From: Arenicellales bacterium
GTDB taxonomy: Bacteria > Pseudomonadota > Gammaproteobacteria > Arenicellales > Poriferihabitantaceae
Assembly: GCA_963693025.1 (NCBI GenBank)
Contig: OY843749.1
Span: 712,719 to 776,718 of the forward strand
Length of the DNA stretch: 64,000 nucleotides
Direction: 5' to 3'
Part shown: piece after piece, positions 1 through 9,178 of the stretch
Numbering within the stretch: the first letter of the stretch is position 1
Layout: each line of letters opens with the position of its first letter
Notes under the pieces: model-generated
What the model saw: the letters and a program-made list of their open reading frames with translations, nothing else
Told to the model about the DNA's origin: nothing
The model's database searches: none
Program-made: the position numbers and the translations under genes

Positions 1-1045
1 TGTTGCAGCCGATGCATTCACGAATGTCGTCCGCCCGCCCCGCTTCAATCTTGGCGGGCAGAAACGGGTCGGCAATCGACGGGCGCGCGGCGCCGATGAG
101 ATCCAGCACGCCGCGCGCAATCAGCGATGCCATCGTGTCGGGCGAAGTGAACCGCCCGACCCCGACCACCGGTTTGCCGGTGACTTGCTTGACGAAGGCG
201 GTGTATTTTTCCTGATGGTTCTCCTCGGCAAAGCGCGCGCTCATCGAATCGTTCGACCAGTCGCTGAGGTTGACGTCCCACAAGTCGGGCAATTCTGCCA
301 ACATCTCCACCACCTCGCGCCCTTCGTGTTGCGCGCTGATGCCGTCTTCGCCTGCCAACTCATCGACCGCAAAACGCAACGCGACGCCGCAACGGTCGCC
401 GACCGCGTCTTTGGTGTCGCTAAGCAGTTCGCGCAAAAAACGCACGCGGTTCTCCAAACTGCCGCCGTATTCGTCGCTGCGTTGGTTGCGGCGTTTGGAG
501 ATGAAGTGGAACGGCAACGCCAGGTCGTGACCCGCATACACATACACGATGTCAAAACCAATATCGCGCGCGCGCAACGCCGCCTTGCGATGCCATCGCC
601 GGACGTTGGCAATGTCGCGCTTGCTCATCGCATAAGCCTGCGCCGGCTCATAACTGTCAACCAACATCGCCGACACGCCCATCGCCGGTAAGCGGCTGTA
701 TAAATTAGCGGACGCGTGACCATTGTGGGTAATCTCAATCGCCGCCAGCGAGTCGTGCCGATGCACCGCCTCCACCATCAACCACAACCGCTTGGCATCG
801 CCGTCATCCCACAACCGCCCCTCGATATAAGGCGACCACTCCGAACTCGGATGAATTTCCACCTCCTGAGTAGAAACCACCCCCCAACCTCCCTCAGCCT
901 TAATACCCCGCTGACACGCCTCCCCCCGAGGATAAACATGCCCCATGCCGTTGCAGTGCGGCACCTGATAAAACCGGTTGCGGCTGGTGACGGGACCGAT
1001 TTGCACCGGCTCAAACAGAATGTCGTAACGAGGGTCGCGGGGCAT
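1..1045 (-). CDS. Trimethylamine/dimethylamine/histamine dehydrogenase-like flavoenzyme (Old Yellow Enzyme fold, Fe-S); 3' part runs off the window
   Basis: Not in the ORF track; read manually from ATG at 1045: MPRDPRYDILFEPVQIGPVTSRNRFYQVPHCNGMG...NQRSDEYGGSLENRVR...IGAARPSIADPFLP...RECIGCN. Has the TMADH-type N-terminus, the RxDEYGGSxENR motif and the start of the CIGCNxC Fe-S motif. Confidence 0.85.
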   Translation of the reverse strand, partial: MPRDPRYDILFEPVQIGPVTSRNRFYQVPHCNGMGHVYPRGEACQRGIKAEGGWGVVSTQEVEIHPSSEWSPYIEGRLWDDGDAKRLWLMVEAVHRHDSLAAIEITHNGHASANLYSRLPAMGVSAMLVDSYEPAQAYAMSKRDIANVRRWHRKAALRARDIGFDIVYVYAGHDLALPFHFISKRRNQRSDEYGGSLENRVRFLRELLSDTKDAVGDRCGVALRFAVDELAGEDGISAQHEGREVVEMLAELPDLWDVNLSDWSNDSMSARFAEENHQEKYTAFVKQVTGKPVVGVGRFTSPDTMASLIARGVLDLIGAARPSIADPFLPAKIEAGRADDIRECIGCN

Positions 1046-1099
1046 GGGGTGGTTGCTCTGGGTGATGCTTTGGAGAATTATAGAGTGAATTCAACCTAA

Positions 1100-1550
1100 C
1101 TCGTCATTCATTACTCGTCATTCCCCCTACTTCGTCTCTCGAGCGTTAGTGTCCGTTGCCGCCGCGCTTTTTCTTTTAAGCGGCGGCTTACGGACACTTA
1201 CGTCCTCGGGAATCTCCCTAAGACTGGCACGGGCTTTGTTGGAGTTCACGGTAGACTTAGGGAGATTCCCGAAGGTGATGAAAAATATAGTCGCTATCCA
1301 GCCTGTGTAAAAACTCTCCGCATATCGAAAGGGTGGGAAAATACTCATCAGAATCGCATAAAAACAGGGGCGAGATGGGAAACTTATCCCTTTTTATGAG
1401 AGTTTTTGCTATGTCGGTGGGAAAATTTTTCATGCGCCGCTTGATTTTTGGAATTTTTACACTGCCTGTATCGCTCCTTATTTTTCTATCATTCGAGAAT
1501 GACGAAGTTGTGGAATGACGAAGTTGTGGAATGACGAGTTGTGGAATGAC
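1100..1550. repeat. Cluster 1 of the ~200-bp palindromic repeat, with a nested MITE and a 16-bp GAATGAC terminal array
   Basis: CTCGTCATTC at 1100 and 1114; unit body GAGCGTTAGTGTCCGTTGCC...GGGAATCTCCCTAAG...CTTAGGGAGATTCCC; TCGAGAATGACG ends at 1504, followed by (ag/aag)ttgtgGAATGAC x3. Confidence 0.92.
1299..1468. mobile_element. 170-bp non-autonomous MITE with IS1182-type terminal inverted repeats
   Basis: Left end CAGCCTGTGTAAAAACTC (1299-1316) and right end GAATTTTTACACTGCCTG (1451-1468) match 15/18 as an inverted repeat. TATC is duplicated on both flanks (1295-1298, 1469-1472). The left end matches the IS1182 end at 54082-54099 at 17/18. Confidence 0.85.
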
Positions 1551-1557
1551 AAAGCGA

Positions 1558-2928
1558 TCACAAATACCAAGCCCCTTCATTCAGCTCACTTTCCACAAAC
1601 GCACGATACTCAGCCAACTTACAACTAGTATAAGCATCCAAATACTCCCGCCCGAAATAGTCGGGCAAGACTTGACCATGGCGGCAGGCTTCAAATGCGC
1701 GTTGTGGGTCGAGGGGCATTTGGGGGTCGGGTTGGGCGGCGGCGTTTCCGGTGGCGGGGGGACCCGCGTCGCTGCGGTTGACGATGCCGTGGTGGATGCC
1801 GGCGAGCAACGCCGCCAGGGTCAGGTAGGGATTGGCGTCGGCGCCGGCTACGCGGTGCTCCAGGCGGCGTTCGCTGCTTGCGCTCTTCGGCACGCGAATC
1901 GCCACGGAGCGGTTTTCGTAACCCCAACTGGGGCTGACCGGCACGTAACTGTCGGGCACAAAACGGCGGTAGGAATTGATGTTGGGCGCGAAGAGCGCCA
2001 TCGACTCCGCCAGGGTTTGCTTGAGCCCGCCGATGGCGTGACCGAGCAGCGGGCCCGCGCATGCGGGCGTGCCGTATTCACCGTCGCCGGCGAAGACGTT
2101 GCGCCCGCCGGCGTCGAGCAAACTGATATGCAAGTGCAGCCCGCTGCCGGCGTTGGCGGCGCTCGGCTTGGCCATGAAGGTGGCTTGCATGCCGTGTTTT
2201 TTCGCCACGCACTGAACCGCGCGGCGAAACATCACGCACTGGTCGGCGGCGGCGAGCGGGCGGTCGCTGTGGCGCAGGTTGATTTCAAACTGACCGGGGG
2301 CGTATTCCGCCGATATGGCGCCGGTTGCGATGCCCTGTTGGGCGCAGGCGTCGCTGACTTCGTGCAAGTAGTGGCTGAAACTTTCGACTTGGTCGATGCT
2401 GTATACCTGAGTGGCGGCGGCGCGCTGTCCGCTGAGCGGTGATAGCGGCGGTTGAATGCGTTGACCATTGTCGTGCGCCGGGTCAATCAGATAGAACTCA
2501 ATCTCAAACGCGACCACCGGCGTGAGCCCTAATTCGCCGAAGCGCGCGAGCACCTTGGCGAGCACATTCCTCGGCTCAAAATAATAAGGCGCGGCATCCG
2601 CGCTTTGCAGGGTCAGCAGAACCTGGGCGGTCGGGTAACGCGCCCACGGCGCCGGCGCCAGCGTGCCGGCGATGGGAATGCCGACTTCGTCGGGGTCGCC
2701 GTCGGAAAACCCCAGCCCTTCGGGGTCATGCGAATCACCGGTGACCGCCAGCAAAAACGACGAGCCGGGCAACATCATGCCGCCGCTGAAAACCTTCTCG
2801 GCCATGTCAACCGGATAACGCTTGCCGCGAATCACGCACGACAAATCGCACAAGACCGCATCCAGATATTGCGTGTCGGGGTGGCGTTGCAGATACGCGC
2901 CGAGGGGCGTGGGGTGGGTGGCGTTCAT
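1558..2928 (-). CDS. Glutamine synthetase-family gamma-glutamyl-amine ligase (PuuA-like)
   Basis: 456 aa with DLxxxxRGK, AFEIEFYL, EYAPGQFEINL, ATFMAKP, GSGLHLHISL, WGYENRSVAIR, EHRVAGADANPYL motifs. ATGA overlap with the upstream EamA stop. Confidence 0.85.
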   Translation of the reverse strand: MNATHPTPLGAYLQRHPDTQYLDAVLCDLSCVIRGKRYPVDMAEKVFSGGMMLPGSSFLLAVTGDSHDPEGLGFSDGDPDEVGIPIAGTLAPAPWARYPTAQVLLTLQSADAAPYYFEPRNVLAKVLARFGELGLTPVVAFEIEFYLIDPAHDNGQRIQPPLSPLSGQRAAATQVYSIDQVESFSHYLHEVSDACAQQGIATGAISAEYAPGQFEINLRHSDRPLAAADQCVMFRRAVQCVAKKHGMQATFMAKPSAANAGSGLHLHISLLDAGGRNVFAGDGEYGTPACAGPLLGHAIGGLKQTLAESMALFAPNINSYRRFVPDSYVPVSPSWGYENRSVAIRVPKSASSERRLEHRVAGADANPYLTLAALLAGIHHGIVNRSDAGPPATGNAAAQPDPQMPLDPQRAFEACRHGQVLPDYFGREYLDAYTSCKLAEYRAFVESELNEGAWYL

Positions 2929-3830
2929 CGAATGTCAGGGTGAGGCTTGCGCGGTACATCGCGCCACGCAATTCGCTCCCGCCACGCGATGAAGACGCCG
3001 CTGCCGACGACGATGGCGGCGCCGAGTAGCGTGGTGGGCGACAGCACTTCGCCGTAGAGCAGAAACCCGACGAGCATCGCCCATACCAACACGAAGTAGT
3101 TGAACGGTTGCAGTATCACCGCCGGCACCAGCGACAGCGCTTTGATGAGCAGCAAATGACCGATGATGGAAGTCAGGCTGATGACCAGCAACCACAGCGC
3201 ATCGGCGGTGGTCATCGGCTGCCAGTTGAAGGGCGCGATGAGCGCGGCGCCGATGAAGCCGACCACGGCGATGTAGAGAAACGAAGTCTCGAAAGAATCG
3301 TCGCGCGACACCTTGCGCGTGAGGATGTTATAGAGCGCAAACATGAACGCGGAAGCGAGCGCGATGGCCGCCGCGGGTTGGAAAACCGCGCTGCCGGGGC
3401 GCAGGATGATGAGCGTGCCGATGAACCCGCAACACACCGCAAGCCAGCGCCGCCAGCCGACCGCCTCGCGCAGAAGCGGCATCGACAGCGCGGTGATGAT
3501 GAGCGGGAAGCAGGCGAAGAGCGCGTGGATTTCGGCGAGCCCGAGGAACTGGATGGCATAAGCGAAGACGATGATTTCGCCGCCAATCAACAACCCGCGA
3601 AAAACCTGCAACCCCGGCCACCGCGACCGAAACGCCGCCGCAATCCCAACACGCCGCCCGACATAAATAAGCGCAAACACCGCAAAAAAGAAAAACCGCA
3701 CCGCCACAATCTGCGACGCCGCCAGCGTCTGCATCAAATGCTTGGTCAACGCATCCTGCGACGCAAAAAACAACGTGGCGATGACCAGCATGATGATGGC
3801 TTGGGTGGTGGGATCGCGGGGGGTGGGCAT
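2925..3830 (-). CDS. DMT/EamA-family transporter
   Basis: Hydrophobic ~10-TM protein (RWLAVCCGFIGTLIILRPG; AVILQPFNYFVLVWAMLVGFLLYGE). Start moved to ATG 3830 (MPTPRDP); a TATAAT lies upstream on the minus strand (3892-3897). Confidence 0.85.
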   Translation of the reverse strand: MPTPRDPTTQAIIMLVIATLFFASQDALTKHLMQTLAASQIVAVRFFFFAVFALIYVGRRVGIAAAFRSRWPGLQVFRGLLIGGEIIVFAYAIQFLGLAEIHALFACFPLIITALSMPLLREAVGWRRWLAVCCGFIGTLIILRPGSAVFQPAAAIALASAFMFALYNILTRKVSRDDSFETSFLYIAVVGFIGAALIAPFNWQPMTTADALWLLVISLTSIIGHLLLIKALSLVPAVILQPFNYFVLVWAMLVGFLLYGEVLSPTTLLGAAIVVGSGVFIAWRERIAWRDVPRKPHPDIR

Positions 3831-3961
3831 GGATGCGTTGGGGTGGTGGTGAGGCGGCGACCGCCGGTTTGACCGCCGCCGGCAACATCGGATTATAGGG
3901 CGGAAAACCCCGTGCAGGACATCGCCCGCCATCGCCGCGGACAGCCGTAGCCATCGGGCGG

Positions 3962-4831
3962 TTATGCGGCGGTGAGTACGGCCACGCCGAACAGGATGAG
4001 CAGCGCCCAGCGAAAGCGTTGGCGCAGGTTCTGTTCGCCGAGTAGCAGCGCTCCGAGCAGCACCGACATTAATATGCTTGTCTCTCGAACCGGCGCGACA
4101 TAAATAACCGGCGTAAAAGTCAGCGCATACAAGACGAGGATGTAGGCAAGCGGATTGAGAATCGCAATGCCGATGACTGCCGCGCGGTGTTGGCGCCAGT
4201 GCGCGATGATTTGTGTTTTGCGCCGCGCTGCAAACGGCGCGAGTAGCACACAACGGCTGCATGCGGAAGCATAGTCCAGCAGTAGCGGATGAATCAACAA
4301 CACCGAGACCGCATACGCGTCCCACACCGTATAACCGCCAATCAACACACCGGCGCCCAGCCCAAACAGCAACGACGAGGGCGCGTGTTGTGAAAGACCG
4401 CCGGCTTTAAGCGAGAAGCGCGCGGTTAGACACAACACGCCGATGATGATTGCCGCACCGCCGACAACCACTTGCGCATTCGGGCGTTCACCGAGGAAAG
4501 CGATTGCAAGCGCCGAAGAAAGCAGCGGACCGGCGGCGCGCGCGAGCGGATAAACCAGCGATAAGTCACCGTGCCGGTAACCATTTTGCAGCAACAGGAA
4601 ATAGCCGAGATGCAGCGCCGCGCTGCCGGCGATAAACACTGCCTGCGCCGCGTCAAAAACCATCGCGCGCGCAACCAACAGATAAGCCGCGAGCGGAAAA
4701 TACAAAACGACCGACAGCAGCGAAAACAACCACACCAGTTCCGCCCCGCCATTAATGCGTTTGACCAGAAAATTCCACCCCGCATGACAGCATGCGGCGG
4801 CCAAAACCAACGTCATACCCAGCAACGACAT
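3962..4831 (-). CDS. DMT/EamA-family transporter
   Basis: LVLAAACCHAGWNFLVK, GYRHGDLSLVYPLARAAGP and YVAPVRETSILMSVLLG motifs. Start set at ATG 4831 behind a GGAGGG RBS. Confidence 0.85.
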   Translation of the reverse strand: MSLLGMTLVLAAACCHAGWNFLVKRINGGAELVWLFSLLSVVLYFPLAAYLLVARAMVFDAAQAVFIAGSAALHLGYFLLLQNGYRHGDLSLVYPLARAAGPLLSSALAIAFLGERPNAQVVVGGAAIIIGVLCLTARFSLKAGGLSQHAPSSLLFGLGAGVLIGGYTVWDAYAVSVLLIHPLLLDYASACSRCVLLAPFAARRKTQIIAHWRQHRAAVIGIAILNPLAYILVLYALTFTPVIYVAPVRETSILMSVLLGALLLGEQNLRQRFRWALLILFGVAVLTAA

Positions 4832-4879
4832 AACACCCTCCGCGCGACGAAAAGACGGACGCAACCGCCCGCGCCTTCC

Positions 4880-4975
4880 ATCCCCTCTAGTCTTTTCGTC
4901 TTCGGGTGTCCGCCGTTCGGCTCCTAACGGCGCTCGGTCCTGACTTACAAAAGCAACGGAACCCTAGCCGCACAT
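4880..4975 (-). promoter_or_regulatory. ykkC-family riboswitch aptamer (guanidine-I or a subtype-2 variant)
   Basis: Minus strand reads GCGGCTAGGGTTCCG...GTCAGGACCGAGCGCCGT...GGACACCCGAAGACGAAAAGACTAGAGG. This contains the ykkC hallmarks CUAGGGUUCC, GGACCGAG, ACAC and AAAAG, ~50 nt upstream of an EamA start. Confidence 0.75.
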
Positions 4976-5035
4976 GGATAGGCGAAAGAATGATAGCACG
5001 CTTTTAGATGGCGGCGCCGACCATCGACGATTGCG

Positions 5036-6196
5036 TCAGGATGCTGGAAGTTCAAGCGCGCGTTGCAATGCGGTTTTTTGGCGGTGGGTTTGCAGGGCGA
5101 GTTGGATTAGGCGGTCTATTAGGTCGGCGTAGGGGATTCCGGTGGCGGCCCATAGGCGGGGGTACATGCTGATGGGGGTGAAGCCGGGGAGGGTGTTGAT
5201 TTCGTTGAGGGTGACTTGTTGGGTTTCGCGGTGGACGAAAAAGTCCACGCGCGCGAGGCCCGCGCCGTCTATTTCTTGGAAGGCGGTGACGGCGAGTTCG
5301 CGCACGCGTTCGGCGGCTTGGGCTTCTATGTTGGCGGGGATGACCAACTCGGATTTGTCGTCGATGTATTTGGTGGTGTAGTCGTAGAACTCGGCGCCGG
5401 GTATGATTTCGCCGACCACCGAGGCTTGCGCGTCGTCGGCGTTGCCGAGCACGGCGCATTCGGCTTCGATGCAGTTTTCCATGGACTGCTCCAGCACGAT
5501 TTTGTTGTCGAATTGGAATGCCAGTTGGATGGCGGCTTGCAACTGCGCGCGCTCGTGCGCCTTGCTGATGCCGACGCTGGAGCCGAGGTTCGCCGGCTTG
5601 ACGAAAATAGGGTAGTCGAGCCGGGCTTCGCCGCGTTCGACGACGGCGTTCGGGTCGCGTTGCCACTGTGCGGCGGTGACGCCGAGATAGTCCGCTTGCG
5701 GGATGCCGGCGGCGGCAAAGATTTTCTTGGCGAGGATTTTGTCCATGGCGAGCGCCGAGGCGGCCACGCCGCAGCCGACGTAGGGGATTCCCGCCATTTC
5801 AAACACGCCCTGCAGCGTGCCGTCTTCGCCGAAGGTGCCGTGCAGCGCCGGGAAAATGACATCGAGGGACGGCAACGCGGCGTCCGGCGGTGGTGGGGTG
5901 GTCGCCGCCAGATTGCCTTGATAGTGCAGGTCGAGGGTGACCGGGTTGCCGCCGGTGGTGTCGTCGGGTTTGTTGCGAGCGTGCGCGCGATGCGCGATGG
6001 GTTTGACTTCGCCGCCGCCAAGCAGCGAGTCGAAGTCGTCGGCGAGATGCCAGTGGCCGGTTTTGTCGATGCCGATTAGGCTGATGTTGTATTGGCTTCG
6101 GTCGAGGGCTTGGAGGATGCAGCGCGCGGAGGTGACCGACACTTCGTGTTCGCAGGAGCGCCCGCCGAACAGCAACCCGAGGTTGATTTTTTTCAT
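5036..6196 (-). CDS. ddl: D-alanine--D-alanine ligase
   Basis: FGGRSCEHEVS, FPALHGTFGEDGTLQG, FVKPANLGSSVGISK, NEINTLPGFTPISMYP. Confidence 0.96.
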   Translation of the reverse strand: MKKINLGLLFGGRSCEHEVSVTSARCILQALDRSQYNISLIGIDKTGHWHLADDFDSLLGGGEVKPIAHRAHARNKPDDTTGGNPVTLDLHYQGNLAATTPPPPDAALPSLDVIFPALHGTFGEDGTLQGVFEMAGIPYVGCGVAASALAMDKILAKKIFAAAGIPQADYLGVTAAQWQRDPNAVVERGEARLDYPIFVKPANLGSSVGISKAHERAQLQAAIQLAFQFDNKIVLEQSMENCIEAECAVLGNADDAQASVVGEIIPGAEFYDYTTKYIDDKSELVIPANIEAQAAERVRELAVTAFQEIDGAGLARVDFFVHRETQQVTLNEINTLPGFTPISMYPRLWAATGIPYADLIDRLIQLALQTHRQKTALQRALELPAS

Positions 6197-6212
6197 CGGC
6201 GGGCGTGCGCCG

Positions 6213-7673
6213 TCAGATGGCGAAGCGCCGGATGACGTCGGCGCACAGCGAAATCAAGCCGTCAATCCACGGCAGGATGGCGATGATGCCGAGCGCGTTG
6301 AAGGTCAGCAGCAGGCGCGCATCGAGCGGGGCGGGCTCGGCGCGCGCCGCTTCGGGTTGCTCCTCGGGCGCGTCGAAATACATCAGTTTGATGACGCGCA
6401 GGTAGTAGAACGCGCCGACCACCGCCAGCAGCACCGCCACCACCGCCACCCACACCAACTCGGCGCGAACCAGCGCTTGGATGACCGCGAGTTTGGCGAA
6501 GAAGCCGGCGGTCGGCGGGATGCCCGCCATCGACAGCATCAGAATCATCAGCAAAAACGCGACCCACGGGTTGCGCGCGCTCAGCCCTTTGAGGTCGGTG
6601 AGCCGGTCGGATTCGTGGTCGGCGCGCGTCAGGCAGAGGATGGCGCCGAACGCGCCGAGGCTCATCAGCGAATAAATCAGCACATAGAACAGCGAGGCGC
6701 TGTAGCCGTGCGCGCCGCCGCTTGCGATGCCGAACAGGAAGAACCCCATGTGCGAGATGGTGGAATACGCCAGCATTCGTTTGAGGTTGGTTTGCGCGAT
6801 GGCGATGATGTTGCCGGCGGCGACCGACAGGATGGCGAGGATGAGCAGCATCTGTTGCCAGAGCGCGAACAGGTCGCCGAGGCCGCCGGCAAGCAAGCGC
6901 ATGACCAGCGCGAACGCGGCGATTTTGGGCGCGGCGCCGAGGAACGCGGTGGTCGAGGTCGGCGAGCCGTGATACACATCCGGCACCCACATGTGGAACG
7001 GCACCGCGCCGAGTTTGAAAGCCAGCGCGACGACGATGAACACCACCGCCAGCGCGACCGCCGCGTTGTTGTGGTCGGCGCCGGCGAGCGCGGTGCGGAT
7101 GGCGGACAACTCGAGCGAGCCGGACAAGCCATACAACAGCGACATGCCATACAACAGCATGCTGGAGGCGAGCGCGCCGAGCACGAAGTATTTCATCGCC
7201 GCCTCGCTCGCCAGTTTGTCGTCGCGGTAGCAGGCGATCATCGCATACAGGCACAGCGACATTAACTCCAAGCCGAGATACAGCGTCAGCAAGTGGTTGG
7301 CGGACGCCATCACCATCATGCCGGCGACCGCGAACAAGCCGAGCACGTAGTATTCGTTGGTGAAGATGCCGCGCGCGCGGTTGTAGCGTCGGCCATAGAT
7401 GAAGGCGCCCGCGGACAGCAGGCAGACCGCGATTTTCAGCAACTTGGCGAGCGGGTCGGCGATGAACAGGTTGTTGAAGGCGGCCACCGTGCCGGCGGCG
7501 AAGTCCATGCCGCTCAGCGTTGCTGTGACCGCCAGCGCGGCGATGCTGAGCCAGTAACAAGCCGTGTCGTTGTTTTTTTTGCCCGCCACGCCGAGCACCA
7601 GAATCGCGCACGCCGCCAGCGAAATAAATATCTCCGGCAACGCGGCGGCGGCTTTTAGCGAGTCGAACGTCAT
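6213..7673 (-). CDS. nuoN: NADH-quinone oxidoreductase subunit N
   Basis: EAAMKYFVLGA, FKLGAVPFHMWVPDVYHG, KRMLAYSTISHMG. Start at 7673 gives an ATGA overlap with the nuoM stop. Confidence 0.96.
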   Translation of the reverse strand: MTFDSLKAAAALPEIFISLAACAILVLGVAGKKNNDTACYWLSIAALAVTATLSGMDFAAGTVAAFNNLFIADPLAKLLKIAVCLLSAGAFIYGRRYNRARGIFTNEYYVLGLFAVAGMMVMASANHLLTLYLGLELMSLCLYAMIACYRDDKLASEAAMKYFVLGALASSMLLYGMSLLYGLSGSLELSAIRTALAGADHNNAAVALAVVFIVVALAFKLGAVPFHMWVPDVYHGSPTSTTAFLGAAPKIAAFALVMRLLAGGLGDLFALWQQMLLILAILSVAAGNIIAIAQTNLKRMLAYSTISHMGFFLFGIASGGAHGYSASLFYVLIYSLMSLGAFGAILCLTRADHESDRLTDLKGLSARNPWVAFLLMILMLSMAGIPPTAGFFAKLAVIQALVRAELVWVAVVAVLLAVVGAFYYLRVIKLMYFDAPEEQPEAARAEPAPLDARLLLTFNALGIIAILPWIDGLISLCADVIRRFAI

Positions 7674-9160
7674 GGCAGTTTGGAGACCGCGATATGCGCG
7701 AGCAGGTTGTCGATGGTGGCGTGCATGACTTCGAGCAGCGGGTTGGGCCACACGCCGACCAGCAGAACCAACACAGCGAGGATGGACAGGAAGGCGGTTT
7801 CGCGCACATCGACATCGGCGAGCGCGGCGACTTGCTCGGAGGCGACCGCGCCGTAGATGACGCGCTTGACCATCCACAGCGTATACGCGGCGCCGAAAAT
7901 CAGCGTGAGCGCGGCGATGGCGGCGACCCAGGCGTTGACCCGAAAGGCGCCGAGGATGACCAGGAACTCGCCGACAAAACCCGAAGTCGCGGGCAAGCCG
8001 GCGTTGGCGAGCGCGAACAGCACCACGAAGCCGGCGAACACCGGCATGGGCGTGGCGATGCCGCCGTAGGTTGCGATCATGCGCGAGTGCAGGCGGTCAT
8101 ACAACACGCCGACGCACAGGAACAGCGCGCCGGAGATGAAGCCGTGGGAAATCATCTGAATCATCGCGCCCTCGGCACCGTGGGCGTTGAAGAGAAACAA
8201 GCCGAGGGTGACGAAGCCCATGTGGGAGATGCTGGAATAGGCGATGAGTTTTTTCATGTCGCGCTGCGCGAGCGCCACCAGCGCGATATAAACCACCGCG
8301 ATGAGCGACAGCGTAATCATCAGCCACGCCAACTCGATGCTGGCGTCCGGCGTGATGGGCAGGCTGAAGCGGATGAAACCGTAGCCGCCCATTTTCAGCA
8401 TAATCGCCGCGAGAATCACCGAGCCGCCGGTGGGCGCTTCGACGTGCGCGTCCGGCAGCCAGGTGTGCACCGGGAACATCGGCACCTTGACCGCGAAGGC
8501 GGCGAAGAACGCCAGGAACAACAACACCTGCGGGGCGAGCGCGAGTTTCAGGGCGTGGTAGTCGAGGATGCTGAAACTGCCGCCAGCGGCGTTGTAGAGG
8601 TAGAGCAACGCAACCAGCATGAGCAGCGAGCCGAGCAGGGTATACAGGAAAAACTTGATGGTCGCGTAGATGCGGTTGGGTCCGCCCCAGATGCCGATGA
8701 TGAGGAACATCGGAATCAGCATCGCCTCCCAGAAGAGGTAGAACAAGACCGCGTCGAGGGCGGCGAACACGCCGATCATCAAGCCCTCCATAATGAGGAA
8801 CGCCGCCATATACTGCGCCACGCGCTCGGTGATGACTTTCCAACCGGCGATGACAACCACCACGGTCAGCAGGGTGGTCAGCAGAATCAGCGGCAGGGAA
8901 ATGCCGTCAATACCGAGCGAGTAATGGATATTGAACGCGCTGACCCAAACCGCGTGCTCGCCGAATTGCATGGCCGCGGTGGCGGTGTCGAAGCGCGTGT
9001 AAAGCGGCACGCTCAACAGAAAAATCGCAACGGAAAACCCCAGCGCCAATCTGCGCGCCAACGCATCACGACGCTCGCCTTCCCCCCGCCCGGCGGCGAC
9101 GACCAACACACCGGCGAGGATGGGAAGCCAGATTAGCCAACTGAGCAAGTTATTTTCCAT
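7670..9160 (-). CDS. nuoM: NADH-quinone oxidoreductase subunit M
   Basis: FYLFWEAMLIPM, KVPMFPVHTWLPDAHVEAPTGGS, KKLIAYSSISHMG. Confidence 0.97.
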   Translation of the reverse strand: MENNLLSWLIWLPILAGVLVVAAGRGEGERRDALARRLALGFSVAIFLLSVPLYTRFDTATAAMQFGEHAVWVSAFNIHYSLGIDGISLPLILLTTLLTVVVVIAGWKVITERVAQYMAAFLIMEGLMIGVFAALDAVLFYLFWEAMLIPMFLIIGIWGGPNRIYATIKFFLYTLLGSLLMLVALLYLYNAAGGSFSILDYHALKLALAPQVLLFLAFFAAFAVKVPMFPVHTWLPDAHVEAPTGGSVILAAIMLKMGGYGFIRFSLPITPDASIELAWLMITLSLIAVVYIALVALAQRDMKKLIAYSSISHMGFVTLGLFLFNAHGAEGAMIQMISHGFISGALFLCVGVLYDRLHSRMIATYGGIATPMPVFAGFVVLFALANAGLPATSGFVGEFLVILGAFRVNAWVAAIAALTLIFGAAYTLWMVKRVIYGAVASEQVAALADVDVRETAFLSILAVLVLLVGVWPNPLLEVMHATIDNLLAHIAVSKLP

Positions 9161-9178
9161 ACGCGCCGCCCTTCGCCC

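Noticed and set aside
4870-4990. SRP RNA or 6S RNA in the ddl-EamA gap
   Set aside because: Lacks the SRP GGAA/AGCAG motif and 6S length; the ykkC hallmarks fit better.
7694-9136. Long antisense or alternate-frame ORFs (e.g. 7694-9136 +, 9476-10687 +, 30632-32467 +, 40822-41826 -, 52561-53904 +, 60279-61649 -)
   Set aside because: Shadow ORFs opposite well-supported genes, expected from high-GC codon bias; no motifs or RBS support.
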